From: Nitrosopumilus sp.
GTDB lineage: Archaea; Thermoproteota; Nitrososphaeria; Nitrososphaerales; Nitrosopumilaceae
Direction of reading: 5' to 3'
DNA: 64,000 nt
NCBI GenBank assembly: GCA_965223425.1
Contig: OZ245003.1
Span: 128,001 to 192,000, forward strand
The notes below the pieces were generated by a model. It did not search any database and was not told the DNA's origin. It was given only the letters and a program-made list of their open reading frames with translations. This document shows positions 60,733-64,000 of this stretch, in pieces (within the stretch, counting starts at the first letter, position 1; the number at the start of each line of letters is the position of its first letter). The translations under genes and the position numbers were made by a program.

Positions 60733-61968
60733 TTATCTCTTTTCTTCCAAAATTTGGGCAGCAATTCTTGCTGAATTTTCCGCCCCATTAGGAACAAAAT
60801 TCTTTGAAAATTCCCTCAGATTCTCTTCAAATTCCTCATAATTTCCTTTAATTTTGGATATTGCATCAGTTACTTGTTTTGTTTTTGTGGCCAATATGCC
60901 CAGGTTTTTCTCTTCGGCCCACTTGATATTGTTTGTGTGCTCATCATAAATGGGAATTCCAATTATTGGTTTTGCTTTTCCGCCCATAATCTCCCCCATT
61001 ACGGTATGAGAGCCATTTACAACTGCATATCTGCACAGATTTAATACTGTGTCTTTTTCTTGTTCTGAAAGAAAACCAACATCGATTTGTATCCAATCTA
61101 TCTTTTTATCTGAGGCTTCTTCAATTGAATATTTTTTACCATCTTTTCCTGTTACTGAATCTACATTTGGATCATTTCTTGCGTGCGAAATGATTCTTTT
61201 TTCATTCCTCATTTGATCTTGATGAAACACATCCTCATATTTTTGGCCTGTCCCATCATTTGTTGACTTGTTTCCAGTTCTCATCCAATACCCGAATTCA
61301 TTATTTCCAACTAATTTTTCAAGATCTGAATCGTCTTCTTTTACGATTTGTTTGTTATTTGTAAAGTGTCCTACATATGTTATTTTTTCTCTTACTTTCT
61401 TGGTGAAATTTAGATTATATTCACAGACTGTGTATGGCGGTGGCGAATCTGCAACAAGAATTTTTGATGCCTTGGAAATTTGTTTTGCAATAAAGATTAA
61501 TGATGGATAAAGATATGATCTTGAACTGTAGAGTCTAGGTTTAAATTGATTTGTTATAAACAAACTTGGAATGTTTCTGTTTTTTGCCAAAATATTTGAA
61601 CCCATATCGCCATCGTTGATTACAAGATCAAATTTTTCTTTATTGTACAGTTTTCTTTCTTCTTTCAGATAATTTGCAATCTGTCTTACTAATGGAGGAT
61701 TTTTTGAAATTGGTAATAACAAATTCATCAGTGACATTGAAACACTTGGACCAAACTTTCCATCAATTGGGGTGGGCATTAAGATCTCATGGATTTTCTC
61801 TTTTTCGTCTGGAAACCTTTTTAGTAATTTTTCATAAACGTGATCCTTACTTGAAAAATGAATCTCAAATTCTTCTTTTATGTGGTCTCGTAATACTTCA
61901 TTTAGCCTCATCATTCGGGAATAATGGCCGCTTCCCCATGGATAGATAAATTCTCCTATTTTGAGCAC
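60733..61968 (-). CDS. GT-B glycosyltransferase (GT28-like)
   Basis: WGSGHYSR, NGSHTVMGE, PIYDEH. Confidence 0.82.
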   Translation of the reverse strand: MLKIGEFIYPWGSGHYSRMMRLNEVLRDHIKEEFEIHFSSKDHVYEKLLKRFPDEKEKIHEILMPTPIDGKFGPSVSMSLMNLLLPISKNPPLVRQIANYLKEERKLYNKEKFDLVINDGDMGSNILAKNRNIPSLFITNQFKPRLYSSRSYLYPSLIFIAKQISKASKILVADSPPPYTVCEYNLNFTKKVREKITYVGHFTNNKQIVKEDDSDLEKLVGNNEFGYWMRTGNKSTNDGTGQKYEDVFHQDQMRNEKRIISHARNDPNVDSVTGKDGKKYSIEEASDKKIDWIQIDVGFLSEQEKDTVLNLCRYAVVNGSHTVMGEIMGGKAKPIIGIPIYDEHTNNIKWAEEKNLGILATKTKQVTDAISKIKGNYEEFEENLREFSKNFVPNGAENSARIAAQILEEKR

Positions 61969-61998
61969 AATATGAAACCAAATATGCCGTTTAAATTC

Positions 61999-63114
61999 TC
62001 AATGATTTTCCTCTAGGGAATCTAAAATATCATGAACATTGTTAGGCCCTACCTGAATCGAAACCTTTTTCTTTGTTTTAAGAGCATTTCCTACCTCTTT
62101 TTTTGAAAAATTAGGAATTTCAGTAGAATTAATCGTGATCATCTTTTCTAATTTTTTGATGTTTCTTTCCAATCCTATCTCTTTTGCATCATTAAACAAA
62201 TTATCGTCTACGCCAACAAGTGGGGTTATTGGAATCTTTTCCTTTTCAAATACGTGTTTTAATGAATTTGCAATAAAATCTGTAGAAAATACCAGTGGTG
62301 ATAAAGCTAGTGATACATAGTTGTTTGAGTCCTGCAGCATTATTTCTAATATGGAATTTACACAAGTCAAGTAATTTTTAACTCCGTTTGGATTTATCTT
62401 TAGATGAAAAAACTCTAATTCGATTTTATCTTGTACCAACCTTGGAATTATTTGATTGATCATTTTAGCTAAATTCATCAATTCTGATTTTTGTCTATAA
62501 CAAACTATGATCTTGGCGTCATAACCTTGTTTTATTGTTTCATAACAAGAAACTGCAGAAATTTCATCGTATATTGCACAAATTGTTTTCTGATTTTGTG
62601 ATTGATATGGAATGCCTCCCTTACCTTTGTCTAAGAAAATACAGATGTATGCATTATTTTTTGTTAAATATGTATACAGCAATTTATCATAATTTTCTTC
62701 AGTTCCAGGATGAGCTCCAAGTTTTGATTTCTTATCTATTATGCTTGATGTTGCAGCAATTTCAACATCCTTTGTGACAAATCCTCTTGATGAACCTTCA
62801 ACTCTTACTAGGAATTTTTCACCCTTTAGGAGTAGATTTCCACCTATAGATGTAATCTCTGATACAATTCCTTGAAAATCATTTTTCGTATGCCTGGCAA
62901 TTGCAATTTTTTCAATTCCAAAAAGTAAATTGATTGCAGATGATGCAAATACGGGATCATTTGCTTCAACTAAGATTACATCTCCATCACGTTTTACTGA
63001 TTTGAATTGTTGATTCTTTACCTTGAGAATTTTTTTGATGTTTATAATTAACTGCGGAATTTTATTTTTTGCAAATATAGTTGGAAAAACCACAACATAC
63101 GACATTTCATTCAT
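61999..63114 (-). CDS. ThiI-like THUMP-domain protein with degenerate PP-loop
   Basis: LFGIEKI, THUMP-like region, GKGGIP, then CAIYDEISAVS instead of SGGxDS. Confidence 0.72.
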   Translation of the reverse strand: MNEMSYVVVFPTIFAKNKIPQLIINIKKILKVKNQQFKSVKRDGDVILVEANDPVFASSAINLLFGIEKIAIARHTKNDFQGIVSEITSIGGNLLLKGEKFLVRVEGSSRGFVTKDVEIAATSSIIDKKSKLGAHPGTEENYDKLLYTYLTKNNAYICIFLDKGKGGIPYQSQNQKTICAIYDEISAVSCYETIKQGYDAKIIVCYRQKSELMNLAKMINQIIPRLVQDKIELEFFHLKINPNGVKNYLTCVNSILEIMLQDSNNYVSLALSPLVFSTDFIANSLKHVFEKEKIPITPLVGVDDNLFNDAKEIGLERNIKKLEKMITINSTEIPNFSKKEVGNALKTKKKVSIQVGPNNVHDILDSLEENH

Positions 63115-63198
63115 ATTTTCTATTTTGAAATCTACTTGTTTATAATTTAGGATAAAACGTCGGGTAATCAATATAAAACAAATACTTGAGGTGAATAT

Positions 63199-63915
63199 AT
63201 GACAAAATTCACACAAGAACAAGTTGATGATCTTAATTCAAGAATAAAGACTACTGAAGAGGCACTTCAATGGACCTCAGATAATTTACATCCTAAAGTT
63301 GCTAAAGCATCAAGCTTTGGGGCCGAAGACACAGTAATTATGGATATCATGATAAAAATTAATCCAAAATTTAGATTCTTTACCCTAGACACCGGAAGAC
63401 TGCCACAGGAAACTTATGACATTATGGATGTTGTAAGAAAAAAATACAACGTTTCAATTGAAGTGCTGTTTCCTGATGCCAAAGAAGTTGAAGACATGGT
63501 TAGAAAAAAAGGCGTTAATCTCTTCTATGAAAGTGTGGAGAACAGAAAACTGTGTTGTGAAATTCGTAAAGTGCATCCAATGAATAAGATGTTGAGTACT
63601 CTGGATGGTTGGATTACCGGATTAAGACGTGATCAAACCAAAAATCGAGAAAATGCAACAATCTTCCAACTAGATCAAGGCCATGGTGGAATTCTAAAGA
63701 TTAATCCAATCATTGGTTGGACTTGGGATCAAGTTCAAGAATATATCAAAAAGAACAACCTGCCATACAACAGTCTTCTTGACAAAGGTTACCCAAGTAT
63801 TGGCTGTGAGCCTTGTTCAAGACCCATAAAACCTGGAGAGGATCCCCGAGCAGGAAGATGGTGGTGGGAACAAGATGGAAACAAAGAGTGTGGAATTCAT
63901 ATAGACCATAAATAG
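63199..63915 (+). CDS. cysH: APS/PAPS reductase
   Basis: SFGAED, LDTG, CCEIRKV, SIGCEPC, ECGIH. Confidence 0.94.
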   Translation: MTKFTQEQVDDLNSRIKTTEEALQWTSDNLHPKVAKASSFGAEDTVIMDIMIKINPKFRFFTLDTGRLPQETYDIMDVVRKKYNVSIEVLFPDAKEVEDMVRKKGVNLFYESVENRKLCCEIRKVHPMNKMLSTLDGWITGLRRDQTKNRENATIFQLDQGHGGILKINPIIGWTWDQVQEYIKKNNLPYNSLLDKGYPSIGCEPCSRPIKPGEDPRAGRWWWEQDGNKECGIHIDHK

Positions 63916-63924
63916 AGAACCTGC

Positions 63925-64000
63925 ATGTCAGAAAATGACTCAATTAAACCGCATGGTGGCGTACTAGTTAACCGAATTACCAAAGTTGATCCATCCGGAT
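63925..64000 (+). CDS. sat: Sulfate adenylyltransferase (5' end only)
   Basis: MSENDSIKPHGGVLVNR directly after cysH. Confidence 0.8.
   Translation, partial: MSENDSIKPHGGVLVNRITKVDPSG

Overview
AT-rich archaeal chromosome segment, by gene content a Nitrosopumilus-like thaumarchaeon. The backbone carries the replication-origin neighbourhood (ORB repeats, cdc6, PolD DP1/DP2, GINS, GGGP synthase), glnA, thermosome, glyA, hsp20-cdc48, TFB, an ESCRT-III/CdvB paralog, queE/folE/queC, thrB and cysC/cysQ/cysH/sat. Four accessory zones interrupt it. (1) 1-5200, beyond the 3' end of tRNA-Pro(GGG): IS630, a MITE, an atypical tRNA, nested ISH3/IS110 elements and an AbiE toxin-antitoxin pair. (2) 6372-7662: a tnpB gene between perfect 25-bp IS6-like terminal inverted repeats with an 8-bp target duplication. 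(3) About 46760-51345, between queE and folE: IS481/IS5 remnants, a second MITE copy and a second AbiE pair. (4) 56019-59028: a 13-bp-repeat-bounded island with a KAP NTPase fragment and a dead/active PyrE-like pair. The most unusual signals are the TIR/TSD-bounded TnpB element, the tRNA with alanine identity elements but a GAG anticodon, a 36/36/36-bp repeat-spacer-repeat scar inside an SDR pseudogene, and two orphan structured RNAs. All calls come from reading motifs by eye; no database searches were run.
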